Shown: one piece after another, positions 41,883 to 54,489 of the stretch
How positions within the stretch are numbered: the stretch's first letter is position 1
How the letters are laid out: each line of letters starts with the position of its first letter
From: Paecilomyces variotii
Lineage: Eukaryota
Assembly (NCBI GenBank): GCA_004022145.1
Contig: RCNU01000020.1
Strand: one strand, 5' to 3'
DNA length: 64,000 nucleotides
Translations under genes and position numbers: made by a program
Notes under the pieces: model-generated
What the model was told of the DNA's origin: nothing
Database searches by the model: none
The model's input: only the letters and a program-made list of their open reading frames with translations

Positions 41883-42479
41883 AGTTAGGTAAGATGCTAT
41901 ATAAAAATGGAGCAAATGAATCATTAGCGACTTTTACGCAAACTCTACGCGCGGTAATATATTTAGACTATAGTACCTTAGGTCAATCACCTCTGTATAT
42001 GTGTTTAGACCTAGATATATATAGGAGAATTAATATGTGATTGTTTCGTGTAGATATCTACTTGGGGATAATTAAATCTCATCCCGTGTTTAATCCTTGG
42101 TTGAACGGAATAACACACATTAGGATTAAATCGAGTGGAAATGAGGATGTACCATCCCTGAAGTGTAAATTTTAATCAAAACCAAATGCAAGTATTACCT
42201 CTGGAGGACCATCAACTGTCCACGGTACATAAGCTTTAGTTGCACGTGACCCAGGATAGGAGCTCGCGATTATTCTTGCGGGTTCGGCAGTCAGAGTCGG
42301 ATCGCGGTGGTATATACTTTCCCGCCTGGATGCGGGGAATCCGTCTTCGTGTCTGTTTTACTGTTTTTATTTTTTTTTTAATCACTGTTTCCTCACTTGT
42401 TGGATTTTAAGAGGCAAAAGTGCTAGGACTTTGTTTTTACTAGTGACTGCACCTTTACAATTGATTGCAGGTGACAATC

Positions 42480-44132
42480 ATGGCGCCGGGGCTTCTATAC
42501 GTAACGATGCAGCCGCAGGACGGCCTGTCGGATGCAGAGTTTCACGACTGGTATAACAACGAACATGGCCCTCTTCGTCTGCGGCTCCCGTCCATCCAGA
42601 ACGGTTTTCGCTACCGAGCCACGGACCTGGATGGACCGGGGAAGGGCCTGCCCGAGTGGGTGGCTCTCTACGATGTCGCTGATATGTCGGAGCTGACCAA
42701 GGCACCCTACACGACGCTCCGGGAACCTGGTGTCAAGAGTGAGCGTGAGAAGGAAACAATGGCAAAGATCGCAGTGGATCGGCGGTTGTATGACCTGCTG
42801 GATGACCAGCACGTCGAGGGTTTCCGGCCACTGGAGGAACTTAACGCGCCCGTAGAGGGCAGCGTCCTTGTTGCTCTCAGCACCACCGTACATCCAGGCA
42901 AGGAGAAGGAGCTCGATCGATGGTACCGCGAAGAACATATCCCACTGCTATCCAAGGTGCCGGGATGGCTGCGTACGCGGCGATTCGCCAGTTCCCAGAT
43001 CGAGAAGCATGATGAGGTCGAGTACCTTACCCTGCATGAATATTCCGCCAACAACGGACTGGGCGGTCCCGAATGGCAGGCGTCGACGACCACGCCTTGG
43101 ACAAAGGAGATCAACACAAGCGTCGTCAAGGACAAGCGTCGCCGGGCATATTCTTGGTATTACACTTTTGGGCCAGCACCACGCGAGCTGGGTGCGCTGA
43201 ATACCGGGAGTGCACCCTTCGTTTCCCCAGATGGCAAGACGAAGACCTTCCCCGCGTCCGACGGCCGTCGGGCTGCGATCGAGTCATACATCACGACTCG
43301 CGACGGTGTTGAGCTCCCGTATCGTCTCGAAGGGGCTGGGGAGCCAGATGCCCCGCTGCTGGTGTTGAGCAACTCCATCCTGGTTGAATGGGGGATCTGG
43401 GATTATTTCCTGGACGCCTTTTTCAAGGAGCCGCAGAACCGTCGTTACCGCGTGCTGCGCTATCACACGCGCGGGCGTCTCCGGCAGTCTGGCGCACGCC
43501 CAGTGACCCTCGACGTCCTGGCGGAGGATCTCGTCGCCCTGCTGGACGCCCTCCGCGTGCCCCAGGCGGCGGCGGTGATCGGGGTCAGTCTCGGCGGCGC
43601 GACGGTGCTGAAGACGGCCCTGCAGTACCCGGAGCGGGTAGCGGGCTTTGTCAGCTGCGACACCAACGCCGTGAGTCCGTCTGGCAACCGGAAAGCCTGG
43701 GGAGATCGTGCTGCTATCGCGATCCAGGAGGGTGCTTCGAACGCCAAGGGCGAAGCCATCGTCGGACAGGAGCTGGCGGAAGCGACGGTCCGCCGGTGGT
43801 TTGTGCCCGGAAGCTATGATAACGGTGTGCTGCACGCGCGGATCGAACGCGTCCGCGAGATGATACGCGGCAACAGCCTCAAGGGGTTCCAGCACAGCGT
43901 GCAGGCGCTGTTCGACTACGACATGCAAACAGACATGAAGGCCTCGGGGACGCGGGGCATCTTTGTCGTGGGGGGTGGGGACGGTGTCTTGCCGCAGACG
44001 ATGAAGGAGATGGCCAGCAGTCACGGCAGACCGTCTGCGTTGCACGTCCTCGAGGGCGCTGGCCATCTACCGATGGTGGAGAAGCCAGCAGAATTTGCGG
44101 AGGTCGTGACACGCTTCCTGGATGGCCATTGA
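42480..44132 (+). CDS. EthD-like (two barrel repeats) plus alpha/beta-hydrolase fusion; 3-carboxymuconolactone hydrolase/decarboxylase (ChdA-like) or 3-oxoadipate enol-lactonase
   Basis: N-terminal FHDWYNNEHGPLRL and LDRWYREEHIPLLSKVPGW repeats. C-terminal LVLSNSIL, IGVSLGG (nucleophile elbow), TVRRWF, VGGGDG and AGHLPMVE. Confidence 0.8.
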   Translation: MAPGLLYVTMQPQDGLSDAEFHDWYNNEHGPLRLRLPSIQNGFRYRATDLDGPGKGLPEWVALYDVADMSELTKAPYTTLREPGVKSEREKETMAKIAVDRRLYDLLDDQHVEGFRPLEELNAPVEGSVLVALSTTVHPGKEKELDRWYREEHIPLLSKVPGWLRTRRFASSQIEKHDEVEYLTLHEYSANNGLGGPEWQASTTTPWTKEINTSVVKDKRRRAYSWYYTFGPAPRELGALNTGSAPFVSPDGKTKTFPASDGRRAAIESYITTRDGVELPYRLEGAGEPDAPLLVLSNSILVEWGIWDYFLDAFFKEPQNRRYRVLRYHTRGRLRQSGARPVTLDVLAEDLVALLDALRVPQAAAVIGVSLGGATVLKTALQYPERVAGFVSCDTNAVSPSGNRKAWGDRAAIAIQEGASNAKGEAIVGQELAEATVRRWFVPGSYDNGVLHARIERVREMIRGNSLKGFQHSVQALFDYDMQTDMKASGTRGIFVVGGGDGVLPQTMKEMASSHGRPSALHVLEGAGHLPMVEKPAEFAEVVTRFLDGH

Positions 44133-46707
44133 TAGTTAGTTAGTTACATGTGGAACTGTGAATAAGCACAAGCACAGTAAGACTGTTGAGAGAGAGAAAC
44201 CCTTATTGTTTGATCAGCCCGATGACGACAATTATGAATGTAGCGTGCTCTAGACAGCGTTTATGGTAACTTCGGTATGAGTTGATAAACCCAATAATAT
44301 AATCAACAGGACAAACTTCGGACATTTCGGCGTTAATCCCAGGGCATATTAGAACTGCCGTGAACCATCGGGTTCCCTACGATATACTGTAGATACCTAG
44401 GTAGGTACTGGAGGCCTCTACCTAAGGTAACAATTAACCCTGCAGATGACGACAGAAGCCCAACACCATCGTGCACCGATGCTGCATGCCAAGATGCAGA
44501 ATTTTCGATACTTTTTATGCATCGAGTAACATGGTATTAATACATATTTAATTAACTTAACTACGGAGTAGAGTCTGCAGAGAATAATACACAGCAGCGC
44601 GTGCCGAATAATCGACCGGGTGCGTTGTCGTAACGGGGTCCGTGGACGGAAGCCAGCTCTGGCGTCATCGGCCCACCGGGTGGACAACCCTCTGCGGGGC
44701 GGACGGTCGGGGAAGGAGGGGGACAACCGACGGGGACTGGAGAGGACCTGGAGAGAAGTGGGGGCTGGGGCACACAGGGCTGTGGCATTAATATTGATCA
44801 TGATGGTGTGGGAGTATATGGATTTTGTGCTCTCCTCTCCTCTCTTGTGCTCTTACATCGAATCGCATCAAAATGTCCCAAAGAAGGCATTAGACTGTTC
44901 TTCTTCACGCAGCGCCACCATCGATTGGGCTGTTTCTTTTTTCTTTCTTTTTTTTTGGCGCTTACCAGAAAGCTTCGCAGCTGATCGACAGCCAGACGGA
45001 ATCTGAGTCGGGCCTCCCGACTGACGCAAAAAACAGGACTCGGGAGCCGACGGTGCATTCGGACAACGATAAATGCCGACCGAAGCAAGAAGTTGGCCCG
45101 AAGGCAGCGGTGGGCAAACTTAACTTGCGCTTCACGATGTCCTTGTCCACTTTGATTTCCCGTTCCATGCATTGTTCGCAACCGGGGAGGGCTCGGCGCA
45201 TGTAAGATGGGGATCATCGTCGCAGCACGCTGTGATTCTTTTGGATCTGCGAACAACGCTGACCGCTAGACCGGCCATAGATAGACTATGACCCTGCTAG
45301 ACGACGACCAAATACAGACTCGGTTTCCGGCTGGAGTAAGCACAGGAGGAGGTCAGAATTATTATCTATCTATACTCTACCAAGTAACAGTTATAGTTAA
45401 CTAACTACCATACTGACCCAGCAGAGGCCCGCTCGCGCTGAGTCAGCAGGGGGAGGAGAGGGGACGGGCTGTCTTGGTTGGTTACCAGACAGTGGATTTC
45501 TACGGAATCGCTAGTACTACGGAGTAATCCCATAATCCCATAATCCCATAGTTATGCATCGGATAAGGATAATACCATAATCACATAACGAATGATCGAT
45601 GGTTGGTTGCTAGTGATGTCCGAGTATCTAGAGTAGTTCTGCCGACGAACGAAGTGCTTGTTTTCGGCCATCTGCCGACCCGATTCCGGGTTGGAATGCT
45701 GGTTGTGCTGCTTCCGACCGCCTTCGTTTCCCGGTCGAGTAGCAACGAGTAGCAACGAGAGTAGACTAACTACCATCCCTAGGTACCATACCTAGTCTAT
45801 CTACTACCTAAGTAGTTACTACTACTCTCGAGTACGCGAGGAAGCTTTGCTCCCGGACGCACGGTCGACGTAATGGCCACTTCTTCCCCCGACTTCATCA
45901 TCATCAGCATCATCATGGCATCGCACGCGGTTTGATAGTTCCGGAGCAATGCAACGGGCCACGAGATATCGCCACTCGCCGCACAACGGCCGACAGGATG
46001 TCGGATATCGCACTTAGCTTGATGCAGCGTGTCGTCGAACAAGCTTTCTTTGTTTTGCAAAAGCCTCACTGAGAACTCCACCGGTGGTCGTCTCATTGGA
46101 CTATGGACCTTCAGGAACTACTCCATCGTCGATCGGTTCTTATCGAAAAAAAGAAAGACAAAAGAGAAAAGAGAAAAGACAGAAGAAGAAGCGCGGACGT
46201 GTGATGTCACGGTGGCCGACATGCTCCATATCGCTATGGGGACCAGTGGAACCGCAGCCCAAATGCTTAGCCAACGATCACCATGATTCAAGCATTCAAC
46301 TCCACGACTATACAATCGCACAGGGCAATGTCGACTACTCCAGTAAGACCATACTCCGTACGGGGAGAAGTGGTGGAGTGTCGGGGAAACACTCCCCACA
46401 CCCTTCTTATGCTCTACTCTTACTCTGCTCTGCGTGCGTGCTGTTGCCACGACGTCCTCCCCACGATCAGGAAACCCTTTAAACCTTGGATCCTCCCCTT
46501 TTCTTCTTCCCCAGTTCTTCTTCCTGAGTCTATTCCTCCAGATTAAAAAGAAAAAGAACAACCTCCTTTTGATAACCGGTGGTTGAATATCAGGGACCAG
46601 ACAAAGACTAGGAACCCGGATTCGAGCAAACCCTACACTAACCCCATCTCTCTTTCGATGGTTGCGTTGTTTAAGACATTGAGGTCGTCCATCCCATATA
46701 GTCTACC

Positions 46708-48523
46708 ATGGCGCCCACCTACGCTGGTATGTCCGGACGCCCACTGTCGCTGACCGTGTCTACGGTCGCGACTATGGGTTTCCTGCTATTCGGATATGAT
46801 CGTAAGTGCCAGTCCCCTCGAGTTGCCTCACGTTGGCTCCAACAGAACGGAAGATAGTTAACGGAACACAACCATAGAGGGTGTTATGTCTGGAATCATT
46901 AGTGACGCCGCCTTCAACGATGTCTTCACCGCCACTAAAAACAATAACACCATGCAAGCCTTGGTAACAGCCATTTACGAGCTTGGTAGGTGATGCCGTT
47001 CTCCTGAATAGTACATCCCTGGACATCCACCAAGGCTAACTATTCAACCATATAGGATGTCTGGCTGGTGCTGTCTTCGCACTCATATTTGGTGACCGTC
47101 TCGGTCGCAGAAGGATGATCATCCTCGGAGCATCTATCATGATCATCGGTGTTATCATCCAGGTCACTGCTTTCCCAGGCCATATCCCCCTGCTGCAGTT
47201 CTTCTTCGGTCGATCAATCACGGGTATTGGCAACGGCATGAACACCTCTACAATCCCGACCTACCAGGCCGAGTGCTCCCATGCCAAGAACAGAGGTTTG
47301 TTGATCTGTATCGAAGGAGGTGTGATTGCTATTGGAACTGTCATTGCATACTGGATCGATTATGGCGCACATTTCGGCCCTCCCGACCTCGTCTGGCGTT
47401 TCCCTATTGCCTTCCAGATCGTTTTCGGTGTCGTCATCATTGTTGGAATGACCTACCTGCCCGAATCTCCCCGTTACTTGATCACAAAAGACAAGATCGA
47501 GCAGGGTGAATACGTGCTGGCCGCACTGGCAGGTACAGAGATCGATGATCCCCGCACTCAGCTGCAGAAGTCGCTGGTTCTCGACTCGATCAAGGCGTAG
47601 GTTCCCCCTGTCAGGCTCAGTTCTTCAGAATGACCAATACTGACCCGCCCTCTTACAGCTCTGGTGCCATGCGGAAGACCTCGTTCAGAGACCTTTTGAC
47701 CCACGGCAGAACCCAGCACTTCCGCCGTATGCTGATCGGTTCTTCTTCCCAGATCTTCCAGCAGCTCAGTGGTTGCAATGCGGTCATCTACTATCTTCCC
47801 GTATTGCTCAAGCAGTCTCTGCATGAGTCCGAGAACATGTCGCTGTTGATTGGTGGTATCAACATGATTGTCTATGCCATCTTCGCTACGTTCTCCTGGT
47901 TCTTCATCGAGAAGATCGGTCGTCGCAAGCTCTTCTTGGGAGGAACATTCGGTCAGCTGACGGCCATGACCATTACTTTCGCTTGCTTGATCCCCGGAGA
48001 CCCGTCGAGTGCCAAGGGTGCTGTCTTTGGTCTGTTCCTTTACATGGCCTTTTTTGGTGCTACTTGGCTGCCCCTGCCATGGTTGTACCCTGCCGAGATC
48101 TCTCCTATCAAGACTCGTGCCAAGGCCAACGCCGTCTCTACTTGCAGCAACTGGCTGTTCAACTTCACTGTCGTTATGATCACCCCTGTCATGGTTGAGC
48201 ATATTGGATGGGGTACCTACCTGTTCTTCGCGGCCATGAACGCATCTTTCCTGCCATTCATCTGGTTCTTCTACCCTGAGACTGCCAACCGCAGTCTGGA
48301 GGAGATCGATATTATTTTCGCCAAGGGCAACCATGAGAACATCAGCTATGTCAAGGCTTCGCATGACCTTCCGAAGCTCCAGGATGAGGAGCTTGAGGCT
48401 AAGGCCTACGAATATGGTCTTTACAATGAGGAGCCTCCGGAGGAGGAGCTCGAGAAGGGCATTGCCAGCCACGACCCTCCTGCAAGCGCCGAGTTTGCCT
48501 CCTTCCAGCCTACCCAGCTGTAA
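46708..48523 (+). CDS. MFS sugar porter, STL1-like (glycerol/sugar-H+ symporter)
   Basis: Four exons (46708-46801, about 46878-46985, about 47056-47596, 47659-48523). Motifs GFLLFGYDQGVMSG, GDRLGRRR, IPTYQAEC, WRFPIAFQ, PESPR, QQLSGCNAVIYY, PWLYPAEI and YPETANRSLEEID. Confidence 0.9.
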
Positions 48524-49026
48524 GGAACTTGTTCGAATTCTTTTTTGTGATCTGAGGAATTTTGCTTGGATCTGCTATGTATATACACGATGGCTTTCTT
48601 ATCGGGATACGATACCCACTTGGCATAGATGGAAGGGAATTGGTTTATAGAATAGACGACATCTCCCGTGTTATGTTATGACTTACAAATAATACAATTC
48701 ATGAATACTACATATGAAACTGAATTCTTACAAACAATATAAGATAAAACGAAGTAGCTACCAGTACACACTGTCTTCAGTTGGTGCGACACATTCCAAC
48801 CTGAAGCTTTTGCGACCGTCGAGCGCAGCCTGGAGGTTCGCCTCGGGGAACGTCTTTTATCGGGAATATTATGTCTTGGGAACTACGAATAAAAGGCTAC
48901 ATAACTAGATGGAATCATTGAAATAATTTACTCAGAATACAACCGGGTTAAAATAAATTTATCAAGCAACTTCCCAAGCTTCAGCGCAAGTAACCATCAC
49001 ACATATAGTATCCGAAGTCACATAAT

Positions 49027-50070
49027 TCAAATCCGTACTGGTTGCGTATCACCAGACACAAGTATATCTCTTCCCTGAACCAAAGAATTCTCGCACTTCC
49101 TCTGATTAGCATAATCATCCAGATTCCGAAACGTCACCTCAGCGATCTGAGTCAAGGCTTCCTCCGTCAGGAACGCCTGATGACCATATATCAGCGCATT
49201 CGGAAGCGTGAGCAATCGCATCAGATCATCATCCTGAATAATCTCGGAAGAATGGTCATTATAGAAAAGATACGATTCAGCCTCATACACATCCAGAGCG
49301 AGACCACCGAGCCGTTTCGACTTCAACGCATTAATCGCTGCTTTCGTATCCACCAATCCTCCACGAGAGGTATTGATCAGTAACGCCCCGGGTTTTATCC
49401 TCGCCAGACTTGACTCATTGATGATATACTTTGTAGCATTCGAGAGCGGACAATGGAGACTGACAATATGGCTCTGCGCCAACAGCTCATCAAACGATAC
49501 GAGATTCCCATAGAATTTCTCGAATTCTGCATTCGGATACGGATCGTACGCGAGTAAACGACATCCGAAACCCCGAAGGATCTTCGCCAGGGCCATCCCG
49601 ATCTTTCCAATCCCAACAATCCCCACCGTCTTACCATGCAACGTGAATCCAATGAAACCATCAAGACTAAAATTCCCTTCCCGAACACGAGTATACGCAC
49701 GATGCGTCTTGCGATTCAGCGCCTGGATCAACGCGACTGCGAATTCCGCCACGGACTCAGGCGAGTATGCCGGAACACGTGCGACGAAGATACCCAGTTC
49801 TTCAGCTTTTGGAAGATCGACGTTATCGAATCCCGCACATCGAAGGAGAACTGCGCCGACGCCGTATTGTTGAAGGGCTGAGAGAACAGTGGAGTCGAGC
49901 ACGTCGTTGACGAAGACGCATACTGCCTGACAGTCGCTGGCTAGGGAGACGGTTTCGTTGGAAAGGGAGAAACTGTGGTATTGGACTTTGTAGGAAGGGT
50001 AGAGGGAACGTTGGATAGATTGGAAATATTCTCTGTCGTAGGACTTGGCGCTGAAGACGGCGAGTTTCAT
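49027..50070 (-). CDS. D-lactate dehydrogenase (LdhA-like D-2-hydroxyacid dehydrogenase), intronless
   Basis: CVFVND, LRCAGFDNVD, RVPAYSPESVAE, GIVGIGKIG, SLHCPL, INTSRGGLVD, LDVYEAE and GHQAFLT. Confidence 0.92.
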   Translation of the reverse strand: MKLAVFSAKSYDREYFQSIQRSLYPSYKVQYHSFSLSNETVSLASDCQAVCVFVNDVLDSTVLSALQQYGVGAVLLRCAGFDNVDLPKAEELGIFVARVPAYSPESVAEFAVALIQALNRKTHRAYTRVREGNFSLDGFIGFTLHGKTVGIVGIGKIGMALAKILRGFGCRLLAYDPYPNAEFEKFYGNLVSFDELLAQSHIVSLHCPLSNATKYIINESSLARIKPGALLINTSRGGLVDTKAAINALKSKRLGGLALDVYEAESYLFYNDHSSEIIQDDDLMRLLTLPNALIYGHQAFLTEEALTQIAEVTFRNLDDYANQRKCENSLVQGRDILVSGDTQPVRI

Positions 50071-50992
50071 TTTTTATTAATTAGTATAATAATTAGTCAG
50101 AATAAAAGTAAAATAAACGATAATTGTAAATGGGGTATAAAAAGGAAAATCTAGATAGAGATTCATCTGTTAAGTCGACTTTTTCTTATACCAACATCTC
50201 CATCCGCTTTGGGAAATATAAAATCGGAAAATCACATCTCATGTCCAGTAGGCCGTAGTCAATTACGTCACATATTAAATATTGAAATACCAGACCAAAC
50301 CGCATATACCGTCGACAGTTCATTGAGGATTTGGCCTGAATAACGAGAGAATGAACAAGCATAGAGTTTGCTTTGTGTTTGCATAGTATCGGTTGGGTTA
50401 TCCATGATTTACGTTTCAGTAATACAAAAGGTAAGCTCCCCACGTGCGGGAAGCTAAAAAAATATACTTTGATTAATTTCGTCTCCTAAGTTCCAGAGAG
50501 GTCTCGTATAGCAGTAGAACTAGGCCAGTCTGAAATTGAATAGATTCGTGCCGCAGTCTAATCTAGCGCTACTTGTCGCCTATAAATATAGACATAGGCT
50601 ATGTATTCCGCTTTAAATTATAGAAGCAAAGATTCTCGCTAAAAATATAGATAGCTAAGAAAATAAAAGGTTTTGCCTTGCATATTCTGTTTTGGAATGA
50701 GTTATAATTTAAGCCTAGGCGCGTTTAACAACCTGTCCCAATTTACCATCAGTCTCTCGGAAATTTCTAACACAAGCAGAGGAATAAAGTTGTGGAAATA
50801 GCACACAACGATACTCCAGAAGTTTCCTTCCCTATCAAAGACCTGAGATTTATGCTTCTTCAGGGTTTGACAGCTACTTTAAAACATAACTAGCTGGTGT
50901 TAGAGACGTCCCTCTTAGTCTATATCTACGAGGAATTCTACAGGCACTAAGAAAACAGTAAGAATAAACTAAATAAAGTCACCTCATTAGAC

Positions 50993-51030
50993 AAAAAAAA
51001 AAAAGAAAAAAAAAAAAAAAAAGAAAGAAG
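50993..51030. repeat. A-rich simple repeat
   Basis: Poly-A with G interruptions. Confidence 0.85.
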
Positions 51031-52096
51031 CGGGAAACCCATCCATAGATAACATTAGTTAACTTAATTAGAAAGAGGCTTAGCACAAAGGAAGCCCCCT
51101 GATTTATCCATAGATCGCGGGCATAGATAGTCTATCTACGCTACCTAGGTAGTCAAACCGAATAACTAGATAGGTCAGCATTGTTTGCCTACCTACCTAA
51201 TAATAATTTTAAACAGGTTAGAAGCAAAATCTCTCAGCGTGGTGCCAAGAAGTCGACAGGATTCGGAACCATGCTGAGAGTTTTTGGCACTACGCCGAGC
51301 TGGCATTTATCATCGCCTCGCTAGCGCTCGTCGATAAGATGCACGGATTCTAGATAGGTAGTTAAGTACTTGGAATCCAGGCTTTCCACCCCCTTTATCA
51401 GCTCCTGCATGAACCAAAGAGAAACATGGGCTGCACAGCTCTAGTATCTCGAACTCGATCAGAATTCACGGGTCCTTCTCGATAGCCTACAGCCTCCGCT
51501 ATCCTTGCAAGTTGCCAACTGAGATTCATTTGAGATCAACACTTCAGAAAATCAATGCATATTTCAAGATACGCTTGGTAATTGATGTGCAGCAATGCAA
51601 CCCTTCTATTCCTCTAAATCTAATCTAGATTGGACAGTATGTATCGGGAGTAGGTCTAGCCCTACCCCAAGCACAAACAAAGGATCTTGCGGCCCACCAG
51701 CGGATATAAAAGGAAGATAAATTCCTGGCACATGTCTGGTAGCAATCCATCAGATCAATTGATAGGAATCACTCACTTTGTTCTTGCTGCTTTCGCGAAA
51801 TCACAAAACTTACACTCAAGAAATGTCCTAAAAAGCAGAGTATGCCACAAACTTGAAGTGGATATCGCATGCAGTGAGTGTTTATTCCACGTGAATTGGC
51901 AAGGGATAGTTATCAAGTAGTGCGATTAGACCATGTTAGGAGTAGAAATAGAGAAACATAGTCGAACTAGTGTGAATTAGGCTAAACCGGTCGATGTCGA
52001 TCCCCCACTACGCCCCGTGGATCTGCTGTCTTATCAACGAAACCTACTTGTCGAGACATAAGACTTCGAAGTCAACTTTGTTTGAGGCCGAACTAA

Positions 52097-54274
52097 ATGG
52101 CCGTTCTTACGATTGCCTCAAGGGCAAATGGTGCCCTTGTCCTTCCTGCGATGCTTGCAGCATCACACATCAAGCAGAGCAACCCTCATGATGGATTTGT
52201 GCTTGAGTGCAAAGATGTGGAGTCACCAGGAAAGGGGAACGAGAAAGTGATACTTACAACGAACAATGGCGATGCCATCGTTCATGGATCCGTCTTGCTA
52301 TACTTGCTAGACAAAAGCGTACTTCCTAGAGGAGTAAATAGAAATGAGGTTTGTTGGTGATTCCTTCTGTGTAGTCTTCCGACGTTGCTCATCATCTATT
52401 AGGTCGATGAATGGCTGCATCGTTCTGCGGATTTTGCAGTTCCCAACTTCAAATCCTTGGAACAACCCATGAAGGAGTTGGAATCGCACCTCGCATTACG
52501 TTCTTACGTTGTTGGCTACTCACTGACCTTGGCCGACCTTGCTGTCTGGGGTGCTCTTCGTGGGAACAGAGTGGCTACCAACCGTCGAAACTACGTCAAT
52601 ATAAGCCGTTGGTTCGAGTTCATCGAAGTCACTAATCCTTGGATTGTGGCTGTCGTTGCAGATCTCAGCAATGCTGCGCGACAGAAAAAGGCTGCAGCGA
52701 GTGCAGCCGGTGGAAGCTATAATATTGGCCTGAGAAACACCGAAAACGGGATCGTTACTAGGTTTCCCCCAGAGCCCTCCGGGTATCTTCACATTGGTCA
52801 TGCGAAGGCAGCTTTGCTAAATGACTATTTCGCCCACGAATACCTCGGTGCTGAGTCACGCGGTGTCCTTATCTGTCGATTTGACGATACTAACCCCACC
52901 CGCGAATCTGCGGAGTTCCAGGATTCAATCGTGGAAGATTTGGCATTACTTGGAATCCAACCTGATCGAATCTCCTATTCCAGCGACTATTTCCAGCAGA
53001 TGTATGAAGGTTGTGTGAAGCTTATTCGCCTTGGCAAGGCATATGCAGACAACACACCGAAGGAAGTTATGGGGGAGCAAAGGGGAAAAGGAATTCCCAG
53101 TGCATGCCGGGATATGAGCGTTGAGGATAGCCTTGCCCAGTTTGAAAAGATGAAGGCTGGTTCGGCCATGGAATGGTGCATTCGTGCTAAGATCTCCGTT
53201 GATAACCCAGTGAAATGTCTGCGTGACCCAGTCATTTATCGCTGCAATCTCCAGCCTCACCACCGAACTGGAACAACTTGGAAGATCTATCCGACATATG
53301 ATTTCTGTGCTCCCTTTCTTGATTCTCTTGAGGGAGTCACGCATGCTCTCCGGACCAATGAGTATCGGGACCGGAATCCACAATATGCCTGGATCCAGGA
53401 GGCTCTTGGCATTCGTCCCGTGGATATTTGGGATTTCTCGCGCCTCAACTTCGTCCGAACTGTGCTTTCAAAGCGAAAGCTTACCGTCTTAGTTGATAAG
53501 GGTGTTGTCTGGGGATGGGACGATCCTCGAATGCCCACTGTTCGTGGTATACGGCGTAGGGGAATGACAGTCCCCGCACTTCGAGAGTTCATCTTGAAAC
53601 AAGGGCCGAGTCAAAACGTGATCAATCTTGATTGGACTTCGTTCTGGGCTACCAATAAAAAGTACATTGATCCGATTGCCCCCCGATACACAGCTATTCC
53701 CAAGCACAATGCCGTTATAGCAACTGTCAATGGGATTGATGAGACCAGCTCTTTGGATAAGCCAAAGCACAACAAAAATGCCGCCTTGGGTACGAAAAAG
53801 GTCTTCTTTTCTAAAGAGATCCTCCTAAGCCAGGAAGATGCTACATCATTCAAAGTGACTGAGGAAATCACACTCATGAACTGGGGGAATGCGATCATTA
53901 CAAACATTTCAAGAGATGAATCTGGAATTGTATTGGGATTGACATTAAACCTTCACCTCGAAGGCGACTTCAAGAAGACGGAGAAGAAGGTGACTTGGCT
54001 GGCAAAAGAAACAGTCAATATGATTCCTGTCGATCTGGTCGACTTTGACTACTTAATCAGCAAGGATAAGCTTGAGAAAGAGGATGACCTCTTTTCATTC
54101 GTTACGCCAAAGACTGAATTTCGGACCAAAGCCTGGGCCGACTGCAATGTTGCGAACCTTGCTAAAGATAGCATCATTCAGTTTGACCGCATCGGTTACT
54201 TTCGGGTCGACCAAGGATATCAGGAAGGTAAACCAGCTGTTCTTTTCAACATCCCGACTGGGAAAGGCGTTTGA
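52097..54274 (+). CDS. Cytosolic-type glutamyl-tRNA synthetase (Gus1-like, GST-like N-domain), 707 aa; possibly a paralogous copy
   Basis: Exons 52097-52348 and 52403-54274. Motifs TRFPPEPSGYLHIGH (HIGH), RFDDTNP, RDPVIYR, YPTYDF, GVTHALRT, VLSKRKL (KMSKS-equivalent), GWDDPR, and a C-terminal anticodon-binding domain. Confidence 0.93.
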
Positions 54275-54489
54275 ATACAGTGATTCACCGCACGGTATTA
54301 TTCCAGATGCAGTTATTTGTTTTTCCTATCTTTATACTTGGCCTCTCTCGGTACCAAAATGTTAGAAAGCCTTTGGCTAGGGTTAGTCTAGGGAAATTTC
54401 GGGACAGCGACGGTTCCTTCGCCAAGCGCCTTGACACTTGCGGAGCTACCCTATGAACTTACATATTAATAATGAGACTAAATCCAAAA

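Noticed and set aside
43284-44066. 260-aa and other overlapping ORFs within the hydrolase fusion gene
   Set aside because: GC-rich coding sequence gives few stops in alternative frames; no recognisable protein.
45525-45548. (TAATCCCA)3 as a telomere-like repeat, and TTAGGGTTAG near 31241
   Set aside because: Too short and not a canonical tandem TTAGGG array.
47558-48472. 304-aa ORF on the - strand
   Set aside because: Antisense to the sugar transporter and explained by the sense-strand codon bias.
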